In this document: positions 26,945-37,207 of the stretch, one piece after another | Numbering within the stretch: the stretch's first letter is position 1 | Layout of the letters: each line of letters begins with the position of its first letter | From: a virus | Strand: one strand, 5' to 3' | Virus record (IMG/VR): IMGVR_UViG_3300045454_000060 | Coordinates: 38,456-102,455 of that record | DNA length: 64,000 bases | Position numbers and translations under genes: made by a program | Notes under the pieces: model-generated | The model's input: only the letters and a program-made list of their open reading frames with translations | Told to the model about the DNA's origin: nothing | The model's database searches: none

Positions 26945-27855
26945 GCGAGACGCCGTTCCGGCCGATGCTGGCGAGTCCGGCGGATGTGGATGCGCTCCGC
27001 TATCCGCTGCTCGCCAGCCCGAAGCTCGACGGCATTCGCTGTCTGGCGATGGGCGGCAGGGCGATGTCGCGCTCGATGAAGCCGATCCCGAACCGGCATG
27101 TCCAGCAGAAATTCGCCGAGTTCGCGCGCCAGCTCGAGGGTCTCGACGGCGAGCTGATCGTCGGCGAGCCCAATCACCCCGACGTGTATCGCACGACCAG
27201 TTCGGCGGTGATGGCGCATGACGGCACCCCGGACTTCTTCTTCTGGGCGTTCGACCTGTGGGATGAGGGCTACGGCTATGCGATGCGCTTCTCGCTGCTG
27301 GCGAAGCGCTTCCAGCCGATCAATGACATGGCCCCCTGGGCGATGATCCTGCCGCATGACTACATCCGCGATCGGGATGAGTTGGATGCCTTCGAGGCCG
27401 ACGCTCTGAAGCAGGGCTTCGAGGGCGTGATGCTGCGGTCGCTCGATGGCCCCTACAAGCGGGGGCGGTCGTCGGCGCGCGAGGGCTATCTCTTGAAGCT
27501 GAAGCGCTACCGGGATGCCGAGGCCGAGATTGTCGGCTTCGAGGAGCGGATGCACAACGGCAACGAGGCGTTCACCTCCGAGCTCGGCCGCACCAAGCGC
27601 TCGACCGCGATGGCCGGGCTGGTGCCGACGGGCAGTCTGGGTGCCTTCGTGCTGCGGGGTCTGCCGGGTCAGCCCTTCGAGGGTGTGATCTTCAATGTCG
27701 GGACCGGGCTGGTCGAGCAGGAGCGCCAGCGTTTCTGGCGGGAGCGGGATGCCTTGCTGGGCAAGATCGTGAAATACAAGTTCTTCGATATCGGCGTGAA
27801 GGACGCACCGCGACACCCGGTCTATCTCGGCTTCCGTGATCCGATCGACCTCTAG
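26941..27855 (+). CDS. ATP-dependent DNA ligase
   Basis: SPKLDGIR, LDGEL, AFD, FEGVMLR, LLKLK, PRHPVYLGFRD. Confidence 0.93.
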   Translation: MSETPFRPMLASPADVDALRYPLLASPKLDGIRCLAMGGRAMSRSMKPIPNRHVQQKFAEFARQLEGLDGELIVGEPNHPDVYRTTSSAVMAHDGTPDFFFWAFDLWDEGYGYAMRFSLLAKRFQPINDMAPWAMILPHDYIRDRDELDAFEADALKQGFEGVMLRSLDGPYKRGRSSAREGYLLKLKRYRDAEAEIVGFEERMHNGNEAFTSELGRTKRSTAMAGLVPTGSLGAFVLRGLPGQPFEGVIFNVGTGLVEQERQRFWRERDALLGKIVKYKFFDIGVKDAPRHPVYLGFRDPIDL

Positions 27856-27915
27856 CGCAAGGGTGTTGCCTCTGATCTGGAGCGTGCCTATGTCGTTACT
27901 CCTGGGGGTGACGAC

Positions 27916-28458
27916 ATGGCACGTTTCGATCAGGGGTTTGTGCGACGCAACGGCAAGGTCTGGTATCGGCGGGGCGGGAAGGTTCTGTGCGAGGTCTGTG
28001 GGGTGCACGACACCTGCGAGCTGCGCTCGGCGCTGGTCAATCTCGGCGCCTGGAGGCTGGCGACGGTGGCGGTAGAGGAGTGCGGCATCTACGTTCCCGT
28101 GCTCGGGTTCCAGGATCGCAGCGGGCTCGAGGGCAGCTTCAACACCTTCCGGCGCGGCAGGGGGTGGGCCAATCGTCTCGAGCTCGGCTGCCGGGTCGCA
28201 CTGCACGATCTTGCCGCGGATCGTCTGCTTGGGCGCGCGACGGTGACGGGCATTCACTACGGGCCCCTGGGTGGCCTGCTGCGGGACTTCGCGGCGGACA
28301 ATCATCTGATGCGGGGCCTCTCGGCCATCGAGGCCCCGGGGCGTCTGCACGCGGTGCTGCGTCGGCTCTACGGGACGAACTATGCCGGCGTGGACTGCGA
28401 GTTCTCGGTGATCGAGCTTGCGTGCGGGGAGGAGGGTGATGCGGATCGTGCGGCTTGA
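27916..28458 (+). CDS. Hypothetical protein (possible ASCH/PUA-like domain)
   Basis: FNTFRRG..GCRVAL..LGRATVTGI resembles ASCH; weak. Confidence 0.55.
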   Translation: MARFDQGFVRRNGKVWYRRGGKVLCEVCGVHDTCELRSALVNLGAWRLATVAVEECGIYVPVLGFQDRSGLEGSFNTFRRGRGWANRLELGCRVALHDLAADRLLGRATVTGIHYGPLGGLLRDFAADNHLMRGLSAIEAPGRLHAVLRRLYGTNYAGVDCEFSVIELACGEEGDADRAA

Positions 28459-28858
28459 TCCGGTCAAGCGGGGTCGGATCACGCTGGGTCATCTCGTCAC
28501 GCTGGACAGCGGCGAGATCGTCTATGCGGCACGGCGCCGCCACAGGCACATCTTCCGCTCCGGGCGCGCTTCGATCAGCGCGGCGATGGAGGATGGCGAG
28601 GCGGCCTGGGCGATCGACGAGACGACCCTCTACATGCTGCGCACCAAGGGGGTGAAGCGGGTGGCTGTGCGTGTCGAGGACACGGGCGACATCTACCTGA
28701 CCGCGCTCGCCAGCTTCTTCGATCTGCGCAAGGCGCGCGTGAAGGACTACTCCGATCGCGGCGGCAGTCGGCAGCGCTACCTGCCGCTGGATCACTTCAC
28801 CTTCCAGCGCGGGCGCGTGACGCTCCAGGAGAACACGGCACTCGCCGGGGTTTGCTGA
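28439..28858 (+). CDS. Hypothetical protein
   Basis: GGAGG SD; AWAIDE..QRYLPL. Confidence 0.7.
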   Translation: MRIVRLDPVKRGRITLGHLVTLDSGEIVYAARRRHRHIFRSGRASISAAMEDGEAAWAIDETTLYMLRTKGVKRVAVRVEDTGDIYLTALASFFDLRKARVKDYSDRGGSRQRYLPLDHFTFQRGRVTLQENTALAGVC

Positions 28859-28911
28859 TTGCGCGCCTCAGTCAGCGTTGATATATGAGTGCATCACGAC
28901 GGGGGAGGGGC

Positions 28912-29139
28912 ATGGTGGAGCTCGCAGATCTTTTGGGCTTGTGGGAAGCGAAACCCTACACGGCAGAGGATCACCTCGTTGGGCACGGTGAGATGGCCGG
29001 CTGGGATGAGGCGAAGATGAGACGGCTTGCGGGTCGCTTCATCGACGAAAACGACCTGACCGAGCAGTTCTGCGATTGGTTGGACGCGCGATGGCGCGAG
29101 GAGGGTTCGGTGAACGTCTATGCGGAGGATGAACCGTGA
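28912..29139 (+). CDS. Hypothetical protein
   Basis: GGAGG SD; overlaps the next gene. Confidence 0.6.
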   Translation: MVELADLLGLWEAKPYTAEDHLVGHGEMAGWDEAKMRRLAGRFIDENDLTEQFCDWLDARWREEGSVNVYAEDEP

Positions 29140-29399
29140 TCGAGGCGTTCGACAAGATGGCCGAGCAGTTCAATGCGGAGCTGGAGGAGGTTCGCGCGGA
29201 TGCTCATTGGCTGAGTGAGCAGCTCGACAGGGCGGTGGTTGCGATGGCCGGCGTGCGCGCTGCGCTGCACAGCATGCCCGGGGTCGATCCCTTCGCGCAT
29301 GGACCGCTCGCTGAGGCGGATTCGTTGATGGAGACCCTTTTGGAGACGATCGCGAAGGGTCGTCAGGGCGTCGAGACTTCGGAGGGCGATCGGGAATGA
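29136..29399 (+). CDS. Hypothetical protein
   Basis: Coupled on both sides by 4-nt overlaps. Confidence 0.6.
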   Translation: MIEAFDKMAEQFNAELEEVRADAHWLSEQLDRAVVAMAGVRAALHSMPGVDPFAHGPLAEADSLMETLLETIAKGRQGVETSEGDRE

Positions 29400-30439
29400 G
29401 GCCGTTCGGTGTGATGGCGGATCTGCACTGCCACGCCTGGTCAGCCTTCGCGAGCACTCTGCCCGATGGCGTCAACTCGCGCCTGCGGGAGATTCTGCTC
29501 GAGGTCGATCGCTGCTGCCAGACGGTGCTGGACGCCGGCGGCGACACGGTCGTGATCGCCGGCGACGTGTTCCATGTGCGCGGGCACGTCGCGCCGTCGG
29601 TGTTCAATCCCGCGCGCGATTGCCTGCTGCGGTGGGTCAATCTCGGCATAACCTTCATCGTCATCCCGGGCAACCATGACCTGGAAGGCAAGGAGAGCAG
29701 GCGTCTGACCAGTGCCGTGGCGATGCTCGAGGACTCGCTCGGCGTCACGGTCGCACACGAGCCGGCAGTGATCGGCAGCAAGGTGCTGGTGCCCTACATG
29801 CCGCGGCGCGAGGCGCTGCTGGCCCAGATCGAGGTGATCGCCTCGCGCTACCGCCCGGTCATTGCCGGCATGGACCTGTTCATCCATGCCGGCATCGACG
29901 GCGTGCTGCCGGGGGTGCCTGCGCATGGGCTGACGGCGGATGCGCTTGCCGCATTCGGCTTCCGTCGCGTCTGGGCGGGTGACTATCACAACGCGAAGGA
30001 GCTTGCGGACGGCAGGGTGATCTCGATCGGCGCTCCGGTGCAGCACACCTGGTCGGATGTCGGGCATCGTGCCGGCTGGTGGCTGGTGCAGGAGGACCAG
30101 CCCCGCTGGTTCGCGTCCCATGCGCCGCGATTCATCGAAATCACCGGCAGGGAGGATCCGGCCGAGCTGCCTCTCATCGTCGATGGTCACTATGTCAGAG
30201 CCAAGATCGGCACGGCGACCGCGCGGGATGTCGCCCTGTGGCGCGAGCAGTTGCGTGGGATGGGGGCGCGCGGGGTGCTGATCCAGGCGGTGCCGGCGAC
30301 AACAGCGATGCGCTCGGGTGCGGTCAGCGGATCGCTCGATCGCATCGACGAGGCGGTGGCGAAGTTCTGTGCGAACAACGGGCACGCGCCGGTGGTTGCC
30401 GATCTTTGCGTGCGTTATCTGGCGGAGGCGCAGTCGTGA
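29396..30439 (+). CDS. sbcD: SbcD/Mre11-like nuclease
   Basis: ADLH, AGDVFH, PGNHD, FIH, GDYH; coupled to a Rad50-like gene. Confidence 0.88.
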   Translation: MRPFGVMADLHCHAWSAFASTLPDGVNSRLREILLEVDRCCQTVLDAGGDTVVIAGDVFHVRGHVAPSVFNPARDCLLRWVNLGITFIVIPGNHDLEGKESRRLTSAVAMLEDSLGVTVAHEPAVIGSKVLVPYMPRREALLAQIEVIASRYRPVIAGMDLFIHAGIDGVLPGVPAHGLTADALAAFGFRRVWAGDYHNAKELADGRVISIGAPVQHTWSDVGHRAGWWLVQEDQPRWFASHAPRFIEITGREDPAELPLIVDGHYVRAKIGTATARDVALWREQLRGMGARGVLIQAVPATTAMRSGAVSGSLDRIDEAVAKFCANNGHAPVVADLCVRYLAEAQS

Positions 30440-32352
30440 GGGTCTGCACGGTCGAAGTGCGGGATTTCCTGTCGGTTGCCGAGGCGGCTTTTCGCCTCGA
30501 CGAGCGGGGGCTGGTGCTCATTCAGGGCGAGAACCGCGACAACCCCTCGGCGAGCTCGAACGGTTCCGGCAAGTCCAGCCTGGTCGATGCCGTGTGCTGG
30601 GGGCTCTACGGCGAGACCGCACGGGGTGCCGCCGCGACGGAGGTGATTCGCGCGGGGGCCAAGAAGGCCAGCGTGACGCTGGATGTCGAGGATGCGGGCC
30701 TGCGCTATCGCGTCACGCGCACGCGCAGCAAGGGCAAGACCACGCTCGAGCTGGTGCGGATCGACGCCGCCGGCGAGTCTGATCTGACGCAAGGCACCGT
30801 GCAACTGACGCAGGCGCGTCTGACGGCCGTGCTGGGGTGCAGCCCCGAGGTATTCCGCTCGGCGGTCTATCTCGGCCAGGAGCAAATGCCCGATCTGCCG
30901 TCCCTGACGGACAAGGCGCTGAAGAAGCTGATCGAGGAGGCGGCCGGGATCGAGGTGATCGAGCTCGCCTATGCGCGCGCCCGGCAGGCTGCGCTGGACG
31001 CACAGGCGAAGATCGACGGGCTGACGGCGAAGCGCGACGCGCTCCGGGGCGTGATCGAGCGCGTCAAGACGGATCTGCAGGATCTCAAGCTGCGCTACGA
31101 GGGCTGGAACGAGAGCCACCGCAAGCGTCTGGAAAGCCTGGAGGACTCGCTGAAGGCTTCCAGGGCGCATCTTCAGGGGGCCGATACCGAGATGGACGGC
31201 ATCGACGTGAGGCCCCTGGTTGACGAGTTGAAGGCGATCGAGGCCAGGCTTGCCGGCTATTCGGGCGAGCAGAAGCGCGAGCAGGAGCTCGCATCGGCGC
31301 TGGCGCGCTGCGAGCGGGAGGTTGCCGAGCACGAGGCACGCGCCCGCATGCTGGTCGGTCAGGCGCAGACGGCACTCAAGGCCGAGCAGGCGATCGCCGG
31401 CAAGGAGGGCCAGCCCTGCGATCACTGCGGTCAGCCCCTCTCGCGGCATGCGCTTTCGCATGCCTGCGAAGGGGCGCGACGGGATGCGGCACGCTACCGG
31501 GACGCGGCACGTGCGGCAACGGAAGCGCTGCGCAAGGCACGCGCGACGGCAAGCGCGGCAGCGGAAGCACTGGCAGCGCATCGCGCGAGCATGGGGGACC
31601 CGTCGCAGTTGCAGGCACGCGCGACCGAGCTGCGCGCGGAGCTCGAGCGCATCGCCGGCAAGGCGCGCGACGTTGAGACCTGGCGCGAGCGTGTCCAGCA
31701 GGCGAACAAGGCGCTGGAGGACGCCAAAGCTGAGGTGAACCCGTTCGTCTCGCTGGTGACGAACAAGGCGGTCGAGCTTCGGGGTCACATCCCGGCTTTG
31801 GAGAGCATGAACAGAAGCCTTGAAGAAGCGTCCCAGGAGCGCGATACTATTCAGTCAGCGGTGAAGGTGCTCGGGCCCGCCGGCGTGCGCGCGCATATCC
31901 TCGACGGGGTGACACCCTATCTGAACGACCGCACGGCGACCTACCTGGATGCGCTCTCGGACGGCACGCTGAAGGCAATCTGGACCACGCTGGTGCGGGA
32001 CGCGAAGGGCGATCTCAAGGAGCGCTTCTCGATCGAGGTGCAGCACCCGGCGGGCGAGGGCTTTGCCGTTCTGTCGGGCGGCGAAAAGCGCAAGGTTCGG
32101 CTGGCAACCGCTATGGCACTTCAGGATCTGGTCGGCTCGCGTGCGACGAAGCCGTTCCAGCTCTGGATCGCGGACGAGATCGACGATGCCCTGGACGATG
32201 CCGGCCTGGAGCGTCTGATGGTCGTGCTGCAGGAGAAGGCGAAGGAGAAGGGCACGGTGATGGTGATCTCGCACAACCCCCTGCGCGACTGGGTGCCGAA
32301 TGCGTGGGTGGTGGTCAAGGAAGACGGCAAGTCGAAGCTGGAGACGGTCTGA
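30436..32352 (+). CDS. sbcC: SbcC/Rad50-like ABC ATPase
   Basis: SNGSGKS, coiled coil with CDHC zinc hook, LSGGE, IADE, ISH. Confidence 0.92.
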   Translation: MRVCTVEVRDFLSVAEAAFRLDERGLVLIQGENRDNPSASSNGSGKSSLVDAVCWGLYGETARGAAATEVIRAGAKKASVTLDVEDAGLRYRVTRTRSKGKTTLELVRIDAAGESDLTQGTVQLTQARLTAVLGCSPEVFRSAVYLGQEQMPDLPSLTDKALKKLIEEAAGIEVIELAYARARQAALDAQAKIDGLTAKRDALRGVIERVKTDLQDLKLRYEGWNESHRKRLESLEDSLKASRAHLQGADTEMDGIDVRPLVDELKAIEARLAGYSGEQKREQELASALARCEREVAEHEARARMLVGQAQTALKAEQAIAGKEGQPCDHCGQPLSRHALSHACEGARRDAARYRDAARAATEALRKARATASAAAEALAAHRASMGDPSQLQARATELRAELERIAGKARDVETWRERVQQANKALEDAKAEVNPFVSLVTNKAVELRGHIPALESMNRSLEEASQERDTIQSAVKVLGPAGVRAHILDGVTPYLNDRTATYLDALSDGTLKAIWTTLVRDAKGDLKERFSIEVQHPAGEGFAVLSGGEKRKVRLATAMALQDLVGSRATKPFQLWIADEIDDALDDAGLERLMVVLQEKAKEKGTVMVISHNPLRDWVPNAWVVVKEDGKSKLETV

Positions 32353-32363
32353 CGGTGGCGAAG

Positions 32364-32909
32364 ATGAGGCGTAAGGTGTCGAGGCCCAAGAGCCCCTCCC
32401 TGGACCCCAAGGAGGTGTCGCAGCGCGTCGCTGCGGCGGAGGCGGCGGCGAAGGAGATCCAGAGCTCGGTCGAGGAGTGGAAGGCGTCCGACGTCTTCCT
32501 GCAATACGAGCTTGTGGTCAATGCCACCGGGCACATGTTCCATGTTCATACCAAGACCGGATGGCGCCAGATTCGCCTGCATGCCGGGCACAAGCTGAGC
32601 TGGTTCGGCAAGGTCAGGGCTGGCGCCAGGGGTGATCTCCTGTTCGAGCTGGTCCCGGAGATGAACGCGGAGCTCGAGGATCGCGGCGCCGATCGCGTTG
32701 AGGTGGCGGCGAAGGACTTCACCGTTCTCGAGCCCGATTTCCTGCGCTGGTTGTGCGAGCAGCTCGGCGTGGAAAGTCTGGACGAGTTCGTGCTGCAGGC
32801 TTTCGCGGCAGTCACGGGTGAGGATGTCAAGCGTGCCGCGCAGCGGGTGGAGGACCCCGAGCCGGCGCCGGATGTCGAGGCCCTGCCGCAATGGGGCGCC
32901 TGGGCGTGA
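32364..32909 (+). CDS. Hypothetical protein ending PQWGAWA
   Basis: ORF in operon; start uncertain (32355 or 32364). Confidence 0.7.
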   Translation: MRRKVSRPKSPSLDPKEVSQRVAAAEAAAKEIQSSVEEWKASDVFLQYELVVNATGHMFHVHTKTGWRQIRLHAGHKLSWFGKVRAGARGDLLFELVPEMNAELEDRGADRVEVAAKDFTVLEPDFLRWLCEQLGVESLDEFVLQAFAAVTGEDVKRAAQRVEDPEPAPDVEALPQWGAWA

Positions 32910-33085
32910 GCGCTCGCGAGCAGGCCGCGCTCAGGCTGCTCAAGCGCCTGAAGCCGCCGCTGCCGCAGCAGCCGCTCTTTCCGCATTCACCGCCGCGCCC
33001 TAATGCCGGGCCATCCGTCGAGAGCGGCGCGGTCGATCGCAGTCCCCCCATCGAGCACCAGAACCAGCGAGACGCCAGCACATGA
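32906..33085 (+). CDS. Small Pro-rich hypothetical protein
   Basis: GTGA and ATGA overlaps with both neighbours. Confidence 0.45.
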   Translation: MSAREQAALRLLKRLKPPLPQQPLFPHSPPRPNAGPSVESGAVDRSPPIEHQNQRDAST

Positions 33086-33699
33086 TCGAGCCCATCCGCA
33101 TCACCGCCTTCGATCCCGCCATGCGCAACTGGGGCATGGCGAAGATGCTGGTCGAGATCGCGCAGAACGGCGGTCACAGGATCGAGCTCACCCTGGTCGA
33201 TCTGCGGCTGGTGCAGACCGAGAGCCTGGCCGGCAAGACCGTTCGCAAGTCCTCGGATGATCTGCGGCGTGCAAGCGAAGCCTACAGTGCCGCGCTCGAA
33301 TGGGCGCTCTGGGCGGATCTGCTCTGTGCCGAGGTGCCTACCGGGGCACAGTCGGCACGTGCCGCGTTCGGCAATGGCATGTCGGTCGGCCTGCTGGCGG
33401 CGCTCGCGCGCGAACGCCCGCTCATTCAGGTCGATCCCTACGAGCCCAAGAAGATCGTCACCGGGCGCAAGACCGCGACCAAGGATGAGATGATCCGGTG
33501 GGCGGTGAGGGAGTTCCCGGACGCGCCCTGGATTCGCGCTCGCGGCAAGTCCGACGGCAAGATCACCGATGCCAACGAGCATCTGGCGGATGCCTGCGCG
33601 ATCGCCAGGGCAGCGTTGGGAACCGAGCAGTTCAAGCAGGCGGTCGCTCTGCGCAACTCCATTGCGCGCAGCGTGTCTCAGTCACGGGTGACTGTGTAA
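33082..33699 (+). CDS. RuvC-like Holliday junction resolvase
   Basis: AFDPAMRNWG, AEVP, ATKDEMI, EHLADA. Confidence 0.8.
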   Translation: MIEPIRITAFDPAMRNWGMAKMLVEIAQNGGHRIELTLVDLRLVQTESLAGKTVRKSSDDLRRASEAYSAALEWALWADLLCAEVPTGAQSARAAFGNGMSVGLLAALARERPLIQVDPYEPKKIVTGRKTATKDEMIRWAVREFPDAPWIRARGKSDGKITDANEHLADACAIARAALGTEQFKQAVALRNSIARSVSQSRVTV

Positions 33700-34316
33700 T
33701 GAGCGGGCTCGGCGCGATGATGGCGGGCGGCAATCCCGCCGAGGGTCGGGAGGAGGACGACTTCTACCCCACACCTCCCGAGGTCACCCAGGCACTCGTC
33801 AACGCCTGGCAGCTCGTGATCCGCAATCATGCGGACGTCATCTGGGAGCCCTGTGCTGGCGACGGCGCGATGGTGCGCGTGCTGGAACAGATCGGATGTC
33901 CGATTCATGCGAGCGACATCAATCCGCGCGCCCCTGGGATCGACGCGGCCGACTTCCTCGTCGGCGAGATGCAGGGTCGGGTGGGCGAGCGCTGTGCGAT
34001 CATCACCAATCCGCCGTTCGGGCTCGCCGAGGAGATGATCGCGAAGGCCGCTCGCATGGACGGCGTGGTGTTCGCCGCCTTCATGCTGAAGGCGACCTTC
34101 TGGCACGCCAAAACCCGCCAGGCCCTGTTCCGGCAGTTCATGCCGTTTATCGTTCATCCGCTCACCTGGCGCCCGGATTTCAAGATGAAGGGTCGGCCGA
34201 CCATGGAGATGCAGTGGTGCATCTGGCTGCCGCAGCACAAGCGCGTTGCGCCCTGGCCGCTCTACCGACCGCTTGACAATCCTGCGCCGAAGGCCCGGCG
34301 CGGAGTGCGCGCATAG
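33699..34316 (+). CDS. Amino (N6A/N4C) DNA methyltransferase
   Basis: DFYPTP, WEPCAGDG, ASDI, DFL, ITNPPF. Confidence 0.85.
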   Translation: MSGLGAMMAGGNPAEGREEDDFYPTPPEVTQALVNAWQLVIRNHADVIWEPCAGDGAMVRVLEQIGCPIHASDINPRAPGIDAADFLVGEMQGRVGERCAIITNPPFGLAEEMIAKAARMDGVVFAAFMLKATFWHAKTRQALFRQFMPFIVHPLTWRPDFKMKGRPTMEMQWCIWLPQHKRVAPWPLYRPLDNPAPKARRGVRA

Positions 34317-34417
34317 CGCGTTGACGCTGGTATGAGCGCTCGCTACAATAAATCAGCGCTGACAAACCGGGCGGCACAACATCTGGTGCCGCCTTTTGCA
34401 TCTCGGAGATCCTGATC

Positions 34418-37096
34418 ATGCCGGACGGCATCCTTCCCGCCGAAACCCTCTTTGTGCGCGAGCTGCACCCGGGCATGGGGCGGGCGGTCGCCGAGCGCAC
34501 GGTGCTGCGGCGCAAGCCGGACGGCAGTTTCGAGACCTGGGGTGATGTTGCCGAGCGGGTTGCCGAGGGCAATGCCGCGCTCTGTCCGATTGGCACGCAG
34601 CACGATCGGGTCAGCGAGAAGACGAAGCTCAGGCGGCATGTTGCGAAGGCGACGTTGCTGATGTCGGGTCGGCACCTGCAGCACGGCGATGCCGATCAGC
34701 CGTCGCGCAACATGGAAATCTATACCAACTGCGCAACGGCTGCGATGAGCTGGCTGAGCTTCCTTCTGCTGCTGAACGGCTCCGGCGTCGGCCGCTGCTA
34801 CGACGACGACATGATGCTGGTGAATTGGGACCACGCGCCCCTGCTGCGCGTGGTGATCTCCTCGAGCCATCCGGATTTCGACTGGTCGGCCGACGAGGAT
34901 GTGCGCGACGCCAAGCACAAATATCGTGGCCCCAATGTGCACTGGCACGTGGTGGACGACAGTCGCGAGGGCTGGGCGAAGGCGGTGGAGCTCTGGGAGG
35001 TGATGGCGTTCCAGAAGATCTACGCCGATCACACGCTGGTGCTCGACTTCTCGCAGGTGCGCCCGCGCGGCGCCCCGATCAAGGGCATGCAGGGTCGGCC
35101 GAGCTCGGGTCCGAAGCCGCTGATGGATGCGCTGAAGAAGTGCGCCACCATCAAGGGGGCGGGGATGCCGCCCTGGATGCAGGCGCTCTATATCGACCAC
35201 TACCTCGCCGAGTGCGTGCTGGTGGGCGGGGCGCGACGCTCGGCGCGGATGAGCACCAAGACCTGGCGCGATCCCGGGGCGATCCAGTTCGCGCGCGTGA
35301 AGCGTCCGGTCGAATACGACGGGCTCGGCATGCAGGAGGTGATCGAGCTGCGCGCTCGCTTCGCGGCCGAGAAGCGGACCCCGCCCTTCGCGTTCCTGTG
35401 GTCGTCCAACAACTCGATCACGGTGGATGCCGAGTTCTGGGCGCATGTGCAGGCCGCCAGGAAGGCGATCGCGACCGGCAAGCCGGTGGCGAAGAAGCAT
35501 CAGCACGCCTGGGACGTGCTGAACGCGCTCGCGGAGTCCGCCTATGGCGACGGCACCGGCGAGCCCGGCCTGATCAATGTCGATCGCCTGCGCCAGAACG
35601 ATGACGGCTGGCACGGGCTCGAGGATGGCGGCTATGTCGGCTCGGCCAAATACGCGGTCGAGGACGATACGCGGCTGACGCTTGCGCGTCTGGCGCGCAT
35701 CGCCAAGCGCAAGAAGCTGCACCAGATCACCAATCCCTGCGGCGAGATCAGCCTGTCGGTGCTCGGCGGCTACTGCACGATCGCCGATGTGGTGCCGTTC
35801 CACGCCGACACGCTTGACGAGGCGGAGGATGCCTTCCGGGTCGCCACGCGGGCGCTGATGCGCGTGAACCTGATGGACTGTCTCTACCGGCACGAGGTTC
35901 AGCGCACCAATCGCATCGGCGTGGGTATCACGGGCGTGCACGAGTTCGCCTGGAAGTTCTTCCAGGTCGGGTTCCGCGATCTGATCGACCCGGATTTCGC
36001 CGCGTATCACGCGCGCCAGGCTTCCTGCATCATTCGCGGCGTTCATCCCGGCGCACGTGAGCGCGCAGCCGCGTTCTGGCTGACCCTCGCGCGGTTCTCG
36101 CGTGCGGTGCAGGAGGAGGCGCGTGAGTATGCGCGCGAGCTTGGCGTCAACATGCCGCACACGGTGACGACCATCAAGCCGGCCGGCACCACCAGCAAGC
36201 TGTTCGGGCTGACCGAGGGCTGGCACCTGCCGGCAATGGCGCAGTATCTGCGCTGGGTGCAGTTCCGGCACGATGATCCGCTGGTGGCGAACTACCAGGC
36301 TGCCGGCTATCCGGTGCGCGAGCTGAAGTCCTACTCCGGCACGGTGATCGTCGGCTTCCCGACGCAGCCCGTGATCGGCGCGCTCGATCTGGGCGACGCT
36401 CTGGTGACCGCTTCCGAGGCCACCCCGGAGGAGCAGTATCGGTGGCTCAAGCTGGGCGAGCGCTACTGGATCATCGGCACGGATGAGCGCGGCGCGCCGC
36501 TGCACGCGGAGGGCGAGGATCTGGGCAACCAGATCTCCTACACGCTGAAGTATGATCCGGCGAAGGTGGACTACCCGCACTTCCTGGACATGTTGATCGA
36601 GCATCAGAGCCAGATTCGCTGCTGCTCGGTGCTGCCGGTCGCCGACACCTCCGCCTACGAATACACGCCCGAGCAGGCGGTGACCAAGGTGGAATACGAG
36701 GAGCTGCTGCGCCAGGTCGCCGATGCGACGGTGCAGGAGGAGGTCGATTTCGCGCATGTGGACTGCTCCACCGGGGCCTGCCCGGTGGACTTCAAGGAGC
36801 GCGAGACCGCCGCCAGGGACGAGCGTCACTTCGTCATCTACGGCTACGACGACGGAAGCTGCCGCTGGTGTGATGCCGCGAAGGAGCTGATCCTGTCCAG
36901 GGACTGGGGCCTCACCTTCATCGACATCAAGGAGGAGGCCGCGAAGACGCGCTTCTTCGCGAACAACCCCGATCTGCCGCGCACGGTGCCGCAGGTCTAC
37001 GAGCGCTTCCCGGAGGGCAACACCGCGCTGCATATCGGCGGCTATCATGATCTGGTCATCTACCTGGATGGCGAGGAGACGATCAGCGACCGCTGA
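34418..37096 (+). CDS. nrdJ: Class II (B12-dependent) ribonucleotide reductase with C-terminal glutaredoxin domain
   Basis: NC..LLLNGSGVG, DSREGW, RRSA, TNPCGEI, TTIKPAGT, CSTGACP; then CRWC..TVPQV..IGGY. Confidence 0.9.
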   Translation: MPDGILPAETLFVRELHPGMGRAVAERTVLRRKPDGSFETWGDVAERVAEGNAALCPIGTQHDRVSEKTKLRRHVAKATLLMSGRHLQHGDADQPSRNMEIYTNCATAAMSWLSFLLLLNGSGVGRCYDDDMMLVNWDHAPLLRVVISSSHPDFDWSADEDVRDAKHKYRGPNVHWHVVDDSREGWAKAVELWEVMAFQKIYADHTLVLDFSQVRPRGAPIKGMQGRPSSGPKPLMDALKKCATIKGAGMPPWMQALYIDHYLAECVLVGGARRSARMSTKTWRDPGAIQFARVKRPVEYDGLGMQEVIELRARFAAEKRTPPFAFLWSSNNSITVDAEFWAHVQAARKAIATGKPVAKKHQHAWDVLNALAESAYGDGTGEPGLINVDRLRQNDDGWHGLEDGGYVGSAKYAVEDDTRLTLARLARIAKRKKLHQITNPCGEISLSVLGGYCTIADVVPFHADTLDEAEDAFRVATRALMRVNLMDCLYRHEVQRTNRIGVGITGVHEFAWKFFQVGFRDLIDPDFAAYHARQASCIIRGVHPGARERAAAFWLTLARFSRAVQEEAREYARELGVNMPHTVTTIKPAGTTSKLFGLTEGWHLPAMAQYLRWVQFRHDDPLVANYQAAGYPVRELKSYSGTVIVGFPTQPVIGALDLGDALVTASEATPEEQYRWLKLGERYWIIGTDERGAPLHAEGEDLGNQISYTLKYDPAKVDYPHFLDMLIEHQSQIRCCSVLPVADTSAYEYTPEQAVTKVEYEELLRQVADATVQEEVDFAHVDCSTGACPVDFKERETAARDERHFVIYGYDDGSCRWCDAAKELILSRDWGLTFIDIKEEAAKTRFFANNPDLPRTVPQVYERFPEGNTALHIGGYHDLVIYLDGEETISDR

Positions 37097-37207
37097 CTTT
37101 CCTGTTGCCGGGTAGTCAACACTGAGATAGAACGTGCATGACGGGGCGGGGTCACTCCCGCCCCTTTCTCCGAGGGGGTCGAGATGGGTGCAGAAGGTTC
37201 GAGTGCC

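Noticed and set aside
33082-33699. RuvC-fold protein as TnpB/Cas12 or a transposase
   Set aside because: Only 205 aa, contiguous RuvC motifs, no zinc finger, IS ends or array; fits a resolvase
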